IMG/VR virus record: IMGVR_UViG_3300042270_000679
Source of the DNA: an uncultured virus (IMG/VR IMGVR_UViG_3300042270_000679)
Taxonomy: Duplodnaviria; Heunggongvirae; Uroviricota; Caudoviricetes
DNA: 64,000 nt
Reading direction: 5' to 3' (one strand)
The notes under the pieces: generated by a model
The model's database searches: none
The model's input: the letters and a program-made list of their open reading frames with translations, nothing else
What the model was told of the DNA's origin: nothing
Shown here: piece by piece, positions 20,731 through 31,309 of the stretch
How the letters are laid out: each line of letters begins with the position of its first letter
Numbering within the stretch: the stretch's first letter is position 1
Made by a program: the position numbers and the translations under genes

Positions 20731-21058
20731 CGCTACTCACCACCTTCTTGGCCAGTACTTCTGTATACATCCCTCGGCCTTTTACATTTTCCACCGAGGT
20801 AATATCAAATAATTCTCCTTCACACTCGATAAAGTGTTCTGTGGTTACCGCCACTCCAGGAATGGCACGAAACCTAAATAAATCCGTAGCCTCAGAAAAA
20901 GCAGCAAGGTTTGCCCATTTCTCACTACCATGGCGGCCTTCTCTATAGACCCGGACAGAGGCAAGTACCGTCTGTGATGTTGTAGCAAACCCCTCACTGT
21001 CTTTTGTTTTTGTAATTGCTTTGATATCAGCAAATTTATTCATTTTCCCAAAACTCAT
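20717..21058 (-). CDS. Head-tail adaptor/head closure protein
   Basis: Position after the gp6-like gene, about 113 aa beta-rich. Confidence 0.8.
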   Translation of the reverse strand: MSFGKMNKFADIKAITKTKDSEGFATTSQTVLASVRVYREGRHGSEKWANLAAFSEATDLFRFRAIPGVAVTTEHFIECEGELFDITSVENVKGRGMYTEVLAKKVVSSVGKS

Positions 21059-21061
21059 CGC

Positions 21062-21370
21062 CTACACCTTCCAATCCCGATCAAGTCGTAAAAGAAGATT
21101 GACCGTATTCCAAACTTGCTGTCCTGCTCCGACATTGTCAGCAAAAAAGCCACCGGTACTTCCATCTCTACTTTCATAAAAGTGAGAGGAAAGCATAATG
21201 ATGGCTTGCTCTGTTGTTGGCGGCATTGGATGCTCACTATAGAAGTTTTCCGGTATATGCTGATAACTCTCGGCATAACTAACAGCAGCGGTAATAAACA
21301 ATTGCAAGAGTTCATCATCTGAGCTATGTTCAAGAATTAAATTGGCTTTTACTTTTTCAAGCAGTGTCAT
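21062..21370 (-). CDS. Head-tail connector (gp6-like)
   Basis: LEKVKANL...DDELL, QAIIML.SHFYESR. Confidence 0.88.
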   Translation of the reverse strand: MTLLEKVKANLILEHSSDDELLQLFITAAVSYAESYQHIPENFYSEHPMPPTTEQAIIMLSSHFYESRDGSTGGFFADNVGAGQQVWNTVNLLLRLDRDWKV

Positions 21371-21396
21371 ACCGCTACCATCCTTTCTTTTTGTTT

Positions 21397-21621
21397 TTAA
21401 TCAGCGGTCATTAATCCTGCTGACTTTAGCTTTACAAGCAAAGAGTTAAAATCAGAAACGATGGATGCAATATCTTCTGCCGTACTACCTACTTGATTTT
21501 CTGCCGGAGTAAAAGAGGAAGGGAGACCATTTACAGTTGCTCCCTCCTTAATCTCTAACGTTCCTCCGATAACGGTTTTGTCTCCGCCTTGTTCCGTGTA
21601 ATTCTTTGTGTTATATCCCAT
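21397..21621 (-). CDS. Head fibre/decoration-like protein
   Basis: YNTKNYTEQGG, DFNSLLVKLKSAGLM. Confidence 0.7.
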   Translation of the reverse strand: MGYNTKNYTEQGGDKTVIGGTLEIKEGATVNGLPSSFTPAENQVGSTAEDIASIVSDFNSLLVKLKSAGLMTAD

Positions 21622-21633
21622 ATCGCACCTCCA

Positions 21634-22830
21634 TTAAGCTTTCTGCTGAAGAACTTTGATTGCTTCAGGAAGTACAAGCTTTCCATCGACACGTTCTTTC
21701 GCCACAAAGCCAACCATGCCATTACCAGCAAACAGTTCACGAAGCTCTGCAAATGAGCGAGACCCACGATCGCCGATATTGTAGTAAGACAAATCACCAA
21801 AGATAATGGTCTTAGCACCTGATTCAACCGTAGGCATATAAGCCGATGTGTAAACAGGATAACCAAGTACTTTATCTGGTTCGCCTGCCACAAGAGCCGG
21901 TTGCCACATATAAGTACCGTTACCATCTTTGAGTTTTCTGAGTGCCGCAATGGTCTGATCATTTAAAATAAATACGGCATTTTTACGGTATGGTCTCTTC
22001 AGTGAATACACCAAGTTGATTACTTCATCGGCTGTAATCGCTGTTGCGGAGGCAGTAGTCACTCCTACTTCAGCTCCACCACTTGCCGCAAGAATACCAA
22101 GGGGTTTGCCAGTACCATCGCCATTGATAAAGGCATCCTCTTCTGCATTGGCCAGTGCTTTATAGAACTCCTCAATGATGTAATTCTCAAGTCTAAAGGC
22201 ATTGTCGTAGAGAAGTTCTTCTGTCACTTTTACAGCAACATGAAGTTTATGAGCATCCAGGTTAATCTGAGAAAACGTAGCATCACTAAACGTCAATGTT
22301 TCACCTTCATCAATCCAAGCCGCAGCCGGTTTTGTTGCAGCAATATTGATTTTTCGCTCACCTGAGGTAGTAATGGTGTGGCCAAGCTTACGAATGATAT
22401 TTTCTTCCTTCAGCCCATCAATTAAGCGGGTATCATATTCGTCGGGTACGAGATAACCACCATCTGCGTCTATCCCTTCTTGAAGAACATTTGATACATT
22501 ACGGAAGTTTGAGCGAAGTGCTGAGAGCATTGCTTTCTTATAGGAGTCCGATGCACGACCTGTTTTAGCCTCATCATTATCCAACCGACCATTCATTGGT
22601 TTCTCGATGATTGGCTTGCTTACAGGTTTTTCAAGTTCAGCCTCAATCTCCTCACGTCTTTCCATGCGATGGATTTCATTGGTAATTTCACTCACTTCAT
22701 TCTCCATTGCTTTGTAAGTTGCATCATCTTCCGCAGACAAAATACCATTTTTGGTTTTATGAGTATCCAAGAACCCATCCATTGTTTCAATAAGCTTTTT
22801 GCGCTTATTACGCATTTCTGTAATCGTCAT
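21634..22830 (-). CDS. Major capsid protein, HK97 family
   Basis: N-terminal delta coiled coil, DGGYLVP, GDGTGKPLGI, IIFGD. Confidence 0.95.
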   Translation of the reverse strand: MTITEMRNKRKKLIETMDGFLDTHKTKNGILSAEDDATYKAMENEVSEITNEIHRMERREEIEAELEKPVSKPIIEKPMNGRLDNDEAKTGRASDSYKKAMLSALRSNFRNVSNVLQEGIDADGGYLVPDEYDTRLIDGLKEENIIRKLGHTITTSGERKINIAATKPAAAWIDEGETLTFSDATFSQINLDAHKLHVAVKVTEELLYDNAFRLENYIIEEFYKALANAEEDAFINGDGTGKPLGILAASGGAEVGVTTASATAITADEVINLVYSLKRPYRKNAVFILNDQTIAALRKLKDGNGTYMWQPALVAGEPDKVLGYPVYTSAYMPTVESGAKTIIFGDLSYYNIGDRGSRSFAELRELFAGNGMVGFVAKERVDGKLVLPEAIKVLQQKA

Positions 22831-22846
22831 AGTAAAATTCCTCCAT

Positions 22847-23584
22847 TTACATATATTTTTTGATTATTAAAAGACGCTCCTTGAGTTCATCAATTGAGCG
22901 TCCTTGTGGTTTTGAAGATTCCTCTGCCTTGATTGGGTTAGTCTTTTCTGCTATTTTATTTAGCAGATTCGTTGCCACTGTTTTTCTTGAAAAGGCATAA
23001 GCAGAGAAAGTGGTATCCGATAGTTTTTTATCTTGTAGCACATCATCCGCGAAACCAAGTTCAATCGCTTTATTGGCATTCATCCAGGTTTCAGCATCCA
23101 TAAGATGGGACAGTTTCACACGAGATACACCAGTCTTAATTTCATAAGCATTGATAATGCTTTCCTTCACCTCATTTAGCATCTCAATTGCCCTTTTCAT
23201 ATCTTCATGGTCACCCATTGTGATTGTTGCTGGGTTATGGATCATCATCAGTGCCGTAGGAGCCATGAGCACCTTTGTTCCCGCCATTGCTATGACGGAT
23301 GCTGCTGAGGCCGCAATGCCATCAATCTTGACGGTGACCTCATCTGGATAATCCATCAACATGGCATAAATCTGGCTGGCAGCGATACAATCTCCACCGG
23401 GTGAATTGATCCATATGGTAATTGGACCCTTTCCACTAAAGAGTTCATTTTTGAACATCATCGGTGTCACATCATCATCAAACCAGCTTTCTTCAGCGAT
23501 GGTCCCGTATAGTTCAAGAACTCGTTCCTCTTGTTCGCTGTTGTTTACCTGATTCTTCCACTGCCAGAACTTTTTGTTCTTCAT
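22847..23584 (-). CDS. ClpP-type prohead protease
   Basis: INSPGG, AASAAS, MIHNP, ETWM. Confidence 0.93.
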   Translation of the reverse strand: MKNKKFWQWKNQVNNSEQEERVLELYGTIAEESWFDDDVTPMMFKNELFSGKGPITIWINSPGGDCIAASQIYAMLMDYPDEVTVKIDGIAASAASVIAMAGTKVLMAPTALMMIHNPATITMGDHEDMKRAIEMLNEVKESIINAYEIKTGVSRVKLSHLMDAETWMNANKAIELGFADDVLQDKKLSDTTFSAYAFSRKTVATNLLNKIAEKTNPIKAEESSKPQGRSIDELKERLLIIKKYM

Positions 23585-24842
23585 CCAAGTTTTCCTCCTT
23601 TCCTTCTTCATTTGCATTTGCAAAAGCACCCGCTTTTGTAAGTGGGAGCATGTTGCCATTGACAAGGTACATATCTCCGCCATCTTCTGCAGGAATACGG
23701 TCTAGGTTTTCAAGTTCACGTATATCGTTTGCGCTCATCCAACCATTCTGTCTTGCTGTGGCATAACCGCTCATGCGGCTAACATAATCCCCTCTAAGTA
23801 AGCCTTCTACATTGAATCTAAAGAAGTATTTTTTCTTTTCTTCCGGTGTAAAAAGGGTGCGGGCTAGGGTTTGCTCCCAACGCACTACCCACGGGTCTAA
23901 GGTGTATTTCACAAACTCAAGGGATTGTTGCTCAATATTAGAAAAGCTCGACTTTTCAAGGTCACCGACCATATGAGGGGGGACTCTAAAAATTCGAGCA
24001 ATTTCATTGATTTGAAATTTCCTTGTTTCAAGGAACTGCGCTTGTTCAGGGGAGATAGAAATTGGTGTGTACTTCATTCCTTCTTCAAGTACAGCTATTT
24101 TATTGGAATTGGCACTGCCACCAAACTGAGACTGCCAAGCCTCTCTGACTTTCCCAGGTTCTTTAATCGTTCCCGGATGCTCCAACACACCACTTGGAGC
24201 CGCACCGTTAGCAAAGAACTTGGCTCCATATTCCTCTGTTGCAATGGCTAGACCAATCGCATTTTTAGCCATCGCAATCGGGGAGTAGCCAACCAGTCCA
24301 TCAAACCCGAGTCCGGGAATATGAAGTACATCGGAGGTACTAAGTTTTACTGTCATTCCCTTCGTACTGTTCACATCATCTGCACCTCTGGTATATAAGT
24401 AATAGAGCTGCCCACTCTCATCTCGATGAACTGACATCCGATTTGGCATCAAGGGGTAGAGTCCTACAACTTCACCTTTGCCATTGCGAATAATCTGCGC
24501 ATAACAATTCCCCCATAATAAAAGATGAGTCATCATTGTTTCTCGAAACACAAAGGAACTCATCTCAGCATTTGGTTCATCGTGCAAAAGTCGATACAAG
24601 GAGTGGTCAATTGCTTTTTCCTTGCCACCATCTTCTGTATAACAATAAAGATGCAGAGGAAGCCCTGCTACTGCTTCAGCTAATATTCGAACACAAGAGT
24701 ATACGGCCGTCATTTGAAGTGCCGACCGCTCGGTCACTGTTTTACCTGCTGTGCTTGAACCCATTAAAAATGTGTAGTTTGAACTCACAGCTCTGTCAGT
24801 AGGCTTATCTCTCGCCTTAAAAATGGATGATAAAAATCCCAA
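23514..24842 (-). CDS. Portal protein, HK97 family
   Basis: AVYSCVRILA, LLLWGN, IARIFRVPP, NDIRELENL. Confidence 0.95.
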   Translation of the reverse strand: MGFLSSIFKARDKPTDRAVSSNYTFLMGSSTAGKTVTERSALQMTAVYSCVRILAEAVAGLPLHLYCYTEDGGKEKAIDHSLYRLLHDEPNAEMSSFVFRETMMTHLLLWGNCYAQIIRNGKGEVVGLYPLMPNRMSVHRDESGQLYYLYTRGADDVNSTKGMTVKLSTSDVLHIPGLGFDGLVGYSPIAMAKNAIGLAIATEEYGAKFFANGAAPSGVLEHPGTIKEPGKVREAWQSQFGGSANSNKIAVLEEGMKYTPISISPEQAQFLETRKFQINEIARIFRVPPHMVGDLEKSSFSNIEQQSLEFVKYTLDPWVVRWEQTLARTLFTPEEKKKYFFRFNVEGLLRGDYVSRMSGYATARQNGWMSANDIRELENLDRIPAEDGGDMYLVNGNMLPLTKAGAFANANEEGKEENLDEEQKVLAVEESGKQQRTRGTSS

Positions 24843-24857
24843 AACCAATCACCTCCC

Positions 24858-26468
24858 TCATATAAAGAGAATGCCTCGGTTGTCATAAACCGAAGCACTA
24901 GTATCATTGCCACAACGAATCGCTCGATCAAGAGCCATAATCGTTGCCACTGCACCATCAATCTTTTCTGATGATTTTTCCTTGTCCGGTTTGATGTTGC
25001 CTGCCGGGTCTGTTCGAACAAAAATGTTATCCATCATCCAACGAAGTACAGGATGCCCACCATGAGCAACCTTTTCTTCTAGCGTTAGTTTCATCAGTTC
25101 CTTAGTCGGTGGACTCATATCCTTAAATCCTTGACCAAAGGGGATAACAGTAAAACCCATGCCTTCTAGGTTTTGAACCATTTGTACGGCTCCCCAACGG
25201 TCAAAGGCAATCTCACGAATATTGTACTTTTCGCCAAGTTCTTCAATAAACTTCTCAATAAAACCGTAATGAACTACATTTCCTTCGGTTGTTTTAAGGT
25301 GATCCTGCTTTTCCCAGACATCATAGGGAACATGGTCACGGTTGACCCTGGCACTTAGAGTTTCTTCTGGCAGCCAAAAGTAGGGAAGAATGATGTATTT
25401 ATCATCCTCATCTAGGGGAGGAAACACCAATACAAAGGCAGTAATATCAATGGAACTAGAAAGGTCTAGTCCGCCATAGCATACCCTTCCAAGTAAATCC
25501 TCTTCATTTACGGCAAAGGCACATTTATCCCACCTGTCCATTGGCATCCAGCGAACCGCCTGTTTGACCCACTGATTAAGTCGTAACTGTCTAAAGGCAT
25601 TCTCTTCTGCAGGGTTTTGCTTGGCTGATTCACAAGCGGCTTTTACCTTATCAATCCCTACCGTTATGCCAAGGCTTGGATTAGCTTTTTTCCACACCTT
25701 CGGATCTGTCCAATCATCTGACTCATCTGCTCCATAAATAACCGGATAAAAAGTAGGGTCAATCTTTCTTTTCTCCATGAGGTCTTTGGCTTTCTGATGG
25801 GTTTCATAGCAGATTGATTTTGTATCAGATCCTGCCGTGGTGATCAGAAAATAAAGAGGTTGCGTTCTGGCATCACCAGAACCTTTGGTCATGACATCAA
25901 AGAGTTTTCTGTTGGGCTGCGTATGCAACTCATCAAAAACAACACCATGAATATTAAAACCATGCTTTGAATAAGCCTCTGCTGAAAGCACTTGATAAAA
26001 ACTATTAGTCGGTTGGAAAATGATCCGCTTTGTTGCCGATAAGATTTTAACTCGTTTACTTAGAGCCGGGCTCATACGTACCATATCAGCAGCCACTTCA
26101 AATACGATGGACGCCTGTTGCCTGTCTGCAGCGCATCCATAAACCTCGGCTCTTTCTTCGCCATCACCACAGGTAAGCAGTAATGCGACAGCTGCCGCTA
26201 ATTCAGATTTCCCCATTTTCTTAGGAATCTAAATATAGGCTGTATTAAACTGCCGATAGCCATCTGGTTTTAGTGTTCCAAAGAGATCTCTGATAATTTG
26301 CTCTTGCCAATCAATCAGTTCAAATGGTTTTCCAGACCATTTCCCCTTGGTATGACTTAAACACTCAATAAAGTTGACCGCATAATCTGCAGCATCTTTA
26401 TCGTAGATAGAGTCCTTTGCCATAAAAGGAGTCGGTTTATATTTCTTGAGCTTTCTAATTGCGGTCAC
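24858..26468 (-). pseudogene. terL: Terminase large subunit interrupted by an in-frame TAG at 26229-26231
   Basis: One frame reads ...NTAYI*IPKKMGKSEL (Walker A), VVFDELH (Walker B), GGLDLS and KIDG nuclease motifs. Confidence 0.88.
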
Positions 26469-26487
26469 CTCCCTTCAAAATGAGCAT

Positions 26488-26511
26488 AAAAAATACAGCC
26501 TTAAGCTGTAT
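26488..26511 (-). terminator. Putative terminator before terL
   Basis: ATACAGC-TTAAG-GCTGTAT followed by T-run. Confidence 0.5.
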
Positions 26512-26568
26512 GACGAGAGAAAGAGCGTCTGCACGCTCAAATCCCTATACTATTGAATTATTTATGAT

Positions 26569-26748
26569 TTAATCTTCATCACCGTTTAAAATGAACTTCA
26601 CATACTTGGCTTTTTCTTCTTCAAGAAAAATGACCAGCTCATAAAATTCCATCTCATCTGCGATTCTTTGGACTGCGTTCACATCAAACATATTGGTAAG
26701 GCCTGTATCTCGAATGGCAAGAATCTGCTCTTTTATCTTATCTGTCAT
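26569..26748 (-). CDS. DUF5049-like small protein
   Basis: KEQILAIRDTGLTNMFD. Confidence 0.8.
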   Translation of the reverse strand: MTDKIKEQILAIRDTGLTNMFDVNAVQRIADEMEFYELVIFLEEEKAKYVKFILNGDED

Positions 26749-26968
26749 CGTCAATCCTCCTGCAAAGGTCTTCTCCAAAAACGACGGATAAACTAGACCC
26801 GGTGTCCCAAGACACCATGATTGAACCGATATCATCTACGCCTATTACTGTTCCTTTTGTTCCAATCACTGGTGCTTGTATATCATCCATCCTTAATAGT
26901 TCTACACGGCATCCAACAGGATACGTTTCACGAAGATGATGTAATCTTTCCTTACTGATTATCCTCAT
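26738..26968 (-). CDS. DUF4314-like protein
   Basis: YPVGCRVEL..MDD, GTV..VDD.G.I.V.WD.GS.L. Confidence 0.82.
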   Translation of the reverse strand: MRIISKERLHHLRETYPVGCRVELLRMDDIQAPVIGTKGTVIGVDDIGSIMVSWDTGSSLSVVFGEDLCRRIDDDR

Positions 26969-27644
26969 TTTTAGCTCCTCCTTTAAATGCTGATGAACCT
27001 GTTAGGTTTCTAAGCAATATTTTTCGTTCTTCCTTATATTCTTTTCCAATAAAGCCAAGGCGCAGTAAAAAGCATCGGAATGCATACTTCTCATTCGGAG
27101 TTTCCTTTTCTTTTGCCATGATGCGTCTTTGATTCCTTGCCATCTCACAAAGAGCTGAAATAAAGTGGGTATACGCTTGTACCTCTTCTGGTGAAGGCAT
27201 TTCTTCAAACCAAGGAAATGAGACTTCCTCTTCTGAAATCTTAATCGGTAAATCGTATAGCCGCAAAGCGTGACGAATCAGTTCGCCTTTTACCTGAATG
27301 ATTGCTTTTACGTTTTCTAATGCTGTATCAGTAAAGCTATTTCTTGGCATGGAGATACAAAGACCAAACGTTCCGCTGTCCGCCGTTTGTCTGCCCTCTG
27401 TAGCGCTTATCTCTTCCTCAGCAATAAAACCCTCGCTGGCTAAATGCCCAGCCACACGTTCGATTTCCGTGCGATTTGCCTTGTCGCAAAATTCAAGGGT
27501 TCCATTCTTGTCGATGATAAAATCTCCCACCTCATAAGCCATGCTAGGCATTCCTAGATACTTTGCTTTTACACCTGTAATCTTGCTCAGTGCTGTAATT
27601 AGCCTTTTTCGGTCTGCTCCTGTTACGTTATAGTTAATGACCAT
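26952..27644 (-). CDS. Conserved phage protein (often annotated virulence-related protein)
   Basis: YLGMPSMAYEV, NEKYAFRCFLLRLG, LLRNL.GSSAF. Confidence 0.75.
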   Translation of the reverse strand: MVINYNVTGADRKRLITALSKITGVKAKYLGMPSMAYEVGDFIIDKNGTLEFCDKANRTEIERVAGHLASEGFIAEEEISATEGRQTADSGTFGLCISMPRNSFTDTALENVKAIIQVKGELIRHALRLYDLPIKISEEEVSFPWFEEMPSPEEVQAYTHFISALCEMARNQRRIMAKEKETPNEKYAFRCFLLRLGFIGKEYKEERKILLRNLTGSSAFKGGAKNEDNQ

Positions 27645-27674
27645 GTACAAAACCTCCTTTGTTTTGGTATGTAC

Positions 27675-27710
27675 ATATATCACTCTAAAGTACTGATATA
27701 GCAAGCTTTT
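27675..27710 (-). promoter_or_regulatory. Conserved AGAGTGAT upstream motif, copy 2
   Basis: AAAAGCTTGCTATATCAGTACTTTAGAGTGATATAT matches 3571-3606. Confidence 0.6.
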
Positions 27711-27779
27711 TCTCGATTATTTAGTGTAGAAAGAAGTCCTAAGTATTACCCTCTAATTGTGTTAACCAAACAGTGCCGA

Positions 27780-29018
27780 CTACTCATCCGCAGCTAATTC
27801 CAACTCATCAAAACCATAGCTAAGCCCGTCTCTTTGAACACTGACTTCTTTGGAAGTTCCAACCTGTTCAATGTAGCGTTTGATAATGACATCGCAAAAC
27901 TTCTCATCTAATTCTGCCGTGTAGCAAATGCGCTCTGATTGTTCACAAGCAATTAAGGTACTACCACTGCCACCAAAAGGATCTAGCACAATGGTGTTAG
28001 TCATCGAGGAATTTAAAATTGGATAGGCGAGCAGAGGAATGGGCTTCATCGTAGGATGGTCTCCATTTCTCTTCGGCTTATCAAACTCCCAGATGGTGGT
28101 TTCTTTCCTGCCTGTATACCACTGATGCTTGCCTTTCTTTTTCCAGCCAAACAGCACTGGTTCATGCTGCCATTGATAAGGAGAACGACCCAGCACAAGG
28201 GAGTCCTTTTTCCATATACAACAGCCGGACAAATAAAAACCGGCATCCGAGAAGGCTTTTCTAAAATTAAACCCTTCGGTGTCGGCATGGAATACGTAGA
28301 TGGAGGCATCGTCTGCCAGGACTTCTTCGATATTGATAAAGGCATCTAAGAGGAACTGGTAGAAGGCATCATTTGCCATATGGTCATTTTTGATTTTCCC
28401 TGCAGCACCTTCATAATTCACATTGTAGGGAGGATCTGTTACGCACAAGTTTGCCTTCTTTTTATTCATCAGCACATCATAGGTTTCTTTCTTGGTAGAA
28501 TCACCACAGATAAGCCTGTGTCTGCCAAGCGTCCATATGTCACCAAGCTTGCTGATGGCAGGCTTTTTTAGTTCTGTCTCCACATCAAAGTCATCATCGT
28601 GGATCCCCTCTTTCAGCGTGTCTTTAAATAAGTCATCCAGTTCTTTAGGGTCAAATCCAGTTAGGGAAACATCAAAATCTACACCTTGTAAATCTGCAAT
28701 TAAAAGGGCCAGTTTATCCTTGTCCCAATCACCGCTGATTTTATTGAGTGCGATGTTGAGTGCTTTCTCTTTCTCTTCATCCATTTCAATGATGACACAC
28801 TCAACTTCTGTGATGCCCATATCGATGAGAACCTTTAGTCTTTGATGCCCACCAACAACATGGCCGGTCATCTTATTCCAGATAACCGGCTCTACATAAC
28901 CAAATTGTTCAATGGATCGTTTTAATTTATCGTATTCTGCATCTCCTGGTTTTAAATCTTTACGAGGATTGTATGTTGCAGGGATGAGGTCTTTTGTGTT
29001 CTTCTTTTCAATCAACAT
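27780..29018 (-). CDS. ParB-N fused N6/N4 DNA methyltransferase (beta class)
   Basis: YNPR...GGHQR ParB domain; TDPPY, HPTMKP, DPFGGSG. Confidence 0.93.
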   Translation of the reverse strand: MLIEKKNTKDLIPATYNPRKDLKPGDAEYDKLKRSIEQFGYVEPVIWNKMTGHVVGGHQRLKVLIDMGITEVECVIIEMDEEKEKALNIALNKISGDWDKDKLALLIADLQGVDFDVSLTGFDPKELDDLFKDTLKEGIHDDDFDVETELKKPAISKLGDIWTLGRHRLICGDSTKKETYDVLMNKKKANLCVTDPPYNVNYEGAAGKIKNDHMANDAFYQFLLDAFINIEEVLADDASIYVFHADTEGFNFRKAFSDAGFYLSGCCIWKKDSLVLGRSPYQWQHEPVLFGWKKKGKHQWYTGRKETTIWEFDKPKRNGDHPTMKPIPLLAYPILNSSMTNTIVLDPFGGSGSTLIACEQSERICYTAELDEKFCDVIIKRYIEQVGTSKEVSVQRDGLSYGFDELELAADE

Positions 29019-30171
29019 ATTTGTTTACCGCCTCCCTTAGTTCTGTATAGCAATCTAGAAATTCCCACGTGCTTAAGCCATATCTGAAATGGCCATAAGT
29101 AGCTGTATCTGCATAAATGACATCCGTCAGTTTTAGCTTTTCGATAATGGCTGCAGGTCTTAGATTGAATACATCTAACACAGCACGGCAAAGGATACTT
29201 TCCTCAACCGTCCCTGTTCCAAAGGTATCAATCTCAAGAGCAACAGGATCTGCTTTTCCAATTGCATAGGAAATCGCTACCTGGCATCGCTTAGCAAAGC
29301 CACATTGAACGATATTCTTTGCAATCGCCCTTGCCATATAGGCACCACTGCGGTCAACTTTTGTCGGGTCTTTTCCTGAAAACGCACCGCCACCATGAGC
29401 GGCTAATCCGCCATAGGTATCAACCATGATTTTTCTTCCCGTAAGACCGGTATCAGCTGCTGGTCCTCCTTCAACAAATCGTCCACTAGGATTAATGAGG
29501 ATCTCAGTCTCATCGTCAAATGGATACTTCTCAAAGACAGGCCAAAGCACCTGGGCAATGACTTCCTTTCGCAAAACATCTAAATCTTTATCTGCACTGT
29601 GTTGAACGGAAACTACGATGGTCTTAATTCGTTTTGGTTTGTCACCTTCATATTCCACCGTCACTTGAGCCTTACCATCAGGGCCAATGTCTTTGATCAC
29701 ACCATTCTTCATCACCTTATCTAGCTTTTTGCAAATGGCATGGGATAAGACCAAGGGGAGAGGTAGTTTCTCACTAGTTTCATTGGTGGCATAGCCATAA
29801 ACGGTGCCTTGGTCACCCGCTCCTAACATGGAATACCATGACGTATCACCCTCACGAGATTCCAAGGCTTGATTCACACCATCTGCGATATCTTTACTTT
29901 GCTGATGGACATAGACAAAGACTAAAAACTTTCTAGGATTGTAGCCCACATCCGTCAGAACACGGCGAACAACACCTCTGATATCAATTCTCTTTGAGCA
30001 GGTAATCTCACCGGCAACAATGATGTGTCCTTTGGTAGCCATCACCTCGCAAGCAACACGAGAGGATTTATCTTTTCTTAAACACGCATCTAAGATGCTA
30101 TCTGAAATAAGGTCACATAATTTATCGGGATGACCTTTGCATACACTTTCACACGTTCTATATTTTTTCAT
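29008..30171 (-). CDS. metK: S-adenosylmethionine synthetase (phage-borne)
   Basis: GHPDK, GAGDQG, GGGAFSGKD signatures. Confidence 0.95.
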   Translation of the reverse strand: MKKYRTCESVCKGHPDKLCDLISDSILDACLRKDKSSRVACEVMATKGHIIVAGEITCSKRIDIRGVVRRVLTDVGYNPRKFLVFVYVHQQSKDIADGVNQALESREGDTSWYSMLGAGDQGTVYGYATNETSEKLPLPLVLSHAICKKLDKVMKNGVIKDIGPDGKAQVTVEYEGDKPKRIKTIVVSVQHSADKDLDVLRKEVIAQVLWPVFEKYPFDDETEILINPSGRFVEGGPAADTGLTGRKIMVDTYGGLAAHGGGAFSGKDPTKVDRSGAYMARAIAKNIVQCGFAKRCQVAISYAIGKADPVALEIDTFGTGTVEESILCRAVLDVFNLRPAAIIEKLKLTDVIYADTATYGHFRYGLSTWEFLDCYTELREAVNKYVD

Positions 30172-30172
30172 T

Positions 30173-30712
30173 TTATTTTCCTTTCCGAGCAGATAATAAC
30201 CGCTCCATCAAATCGTCTTGTGGACTTCTTCCACCGAACTCCACAGAGCAGTTTTCCTTCACAATCTGGTAAATCTGATACCAACACTGGTTGACCTGTT
30301 TCATGTATTCACGACTCATCGCAACGTAAGGTGATGCGATGGCAGCGGAAGTGGTTGGATGCTTGGCAAGAAAGCCATACTCTGAAATGCACTCTTCACA
30401 CTGAATCCAACGAGAAACACTCATGGCATACTGCTCGATTAGCTGGTTGTTTACTAACATTTCGCAGCCACGATCTTTCAGCCACTTGTAAGTTTCGATA
30501 TAAATATCTTCTGCACAGAGGTCTTTGCCATTTTTCTGAGTAGCCTTTAAATAATTTTTTACAGGAGGAACATCTGCACCTTCTATTTCCGTTGGCTCTA
30601 GCAGGATCATGGCACCATTTAATCTGCCATCAGCAATTTTGTCGGTTAGAGCCTTTGATTTTCTTCCTGCACCAACACGCTGACCGCCTCTTGCTGTACC
30701 GTCTTTCGCCAT
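30173..30712 (-). CDS. terS: Terminase small subunit (P27 family)
   Basis: RGG.R.GAGRK N-terminus; follows the HNH gene and cos-like region. Confidence 0.82.
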   Translation of the reverse strand: MAKDGTARGGQRVGAGRKSKALTDKIADGRLNGAMILLEPTEIEGADVPPVKNYLKATQKNGKDLCAEDIYIETYKWLKDRGCEMLVNNQLIEQYAMSVSRWIQCEECISEYGFLAKHPTTSAAIASPYVAMSREYMKQVNQCWYQIYQIVKENCSVEFGGRSPQDDLMERLLSARKGK

Positions 30713-30721
30713 GTTTTTCAC

Positions 30722-30831
30722 CCCACTTTCCTAAAAGTCTTTAATACCCCCTTTGATTTCTGATTTTTACACGCGAAGCCCCAGGCCGTTGTCCGCCATA
30801 AAAGGTCTAGAGATTTGACCTCCCCCTTGGC
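30722..30831. other. Putative cos/packaging region
   Basis: GC-rich gap between HNH and terS, the usual cos position in HNH-terminase phages. Confidence 0.45.
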
Positions 30832-31191
30832 TCAGTTGCGAATTTGTCGATCACCGAGTTCTAAATGAATCTTGTTGTGACAGGATTTACATAAGGACAT
30901 CAGATTACTTCTATCGTGTGTACCACCTTGAGAAACAGGGAGGATGTGATGCACTTCATCAGTGGGAGTCAGTCTGCCGTCCGCTTTACACATCTCACAC
31001 AGGGGATGTTCTCGTGCATAGCGGTCACGGATTCTTTTCCAGGCTCTGCCGTACTTTTTATTGACATCGCTTGACCGTTGGTACTTGTCATAGCGCCTAC
31101 GCTCAATTAATTTATGGTCATCACAATACTGACCATCGGTTAAGTTTGGACAACCCGGAGTACTGCACGGTCGTTTCGGTTTCCTTGGCAT
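30832..31191 (-). CDS. HNH endonuclease (terminase-associated)
   Basis: CEMC, VHH, NLMSLCKSCH. Confidence 0.92.
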   Translation of the reverse strand: MPRKPKRPCSTPGCPNLTDGQYCDDHKLIERRRYDKYQRSSDVNKKYGRAWKRIRDRYAREHPLCEMCKADGRLTPTDEVHHILPVSQGGTHDRSNLMSLCKSCHNKIHLELGDRQIRN

Positions 31192-31309
31192 CGTATCACC
31201 TCGCTTTCTGAGTATAGAAAAAGCCCTGCAGGGCATGACCCACAAGGCTTGGTAAGTATTCTATCTTGCTGACTATAATGTAACATGAAGATGAGGTGCT
31301 TATCTCTGC

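Noticed and set aside
26229..26231. TAG recoding (alternative genetic code) in the prophage
   Set aside because: TAG is an ordinary stop in several genes here (21062, 27780, 40648) and only one internal TAG was seen
30808..30835. Fourth, opposite-strand copy of the bipartite motif (AGATTTGACCT...GGCT)
   Set aside because: Spacing is one base short, ACTAGGTAG is missing, and it lies in the cos-like region
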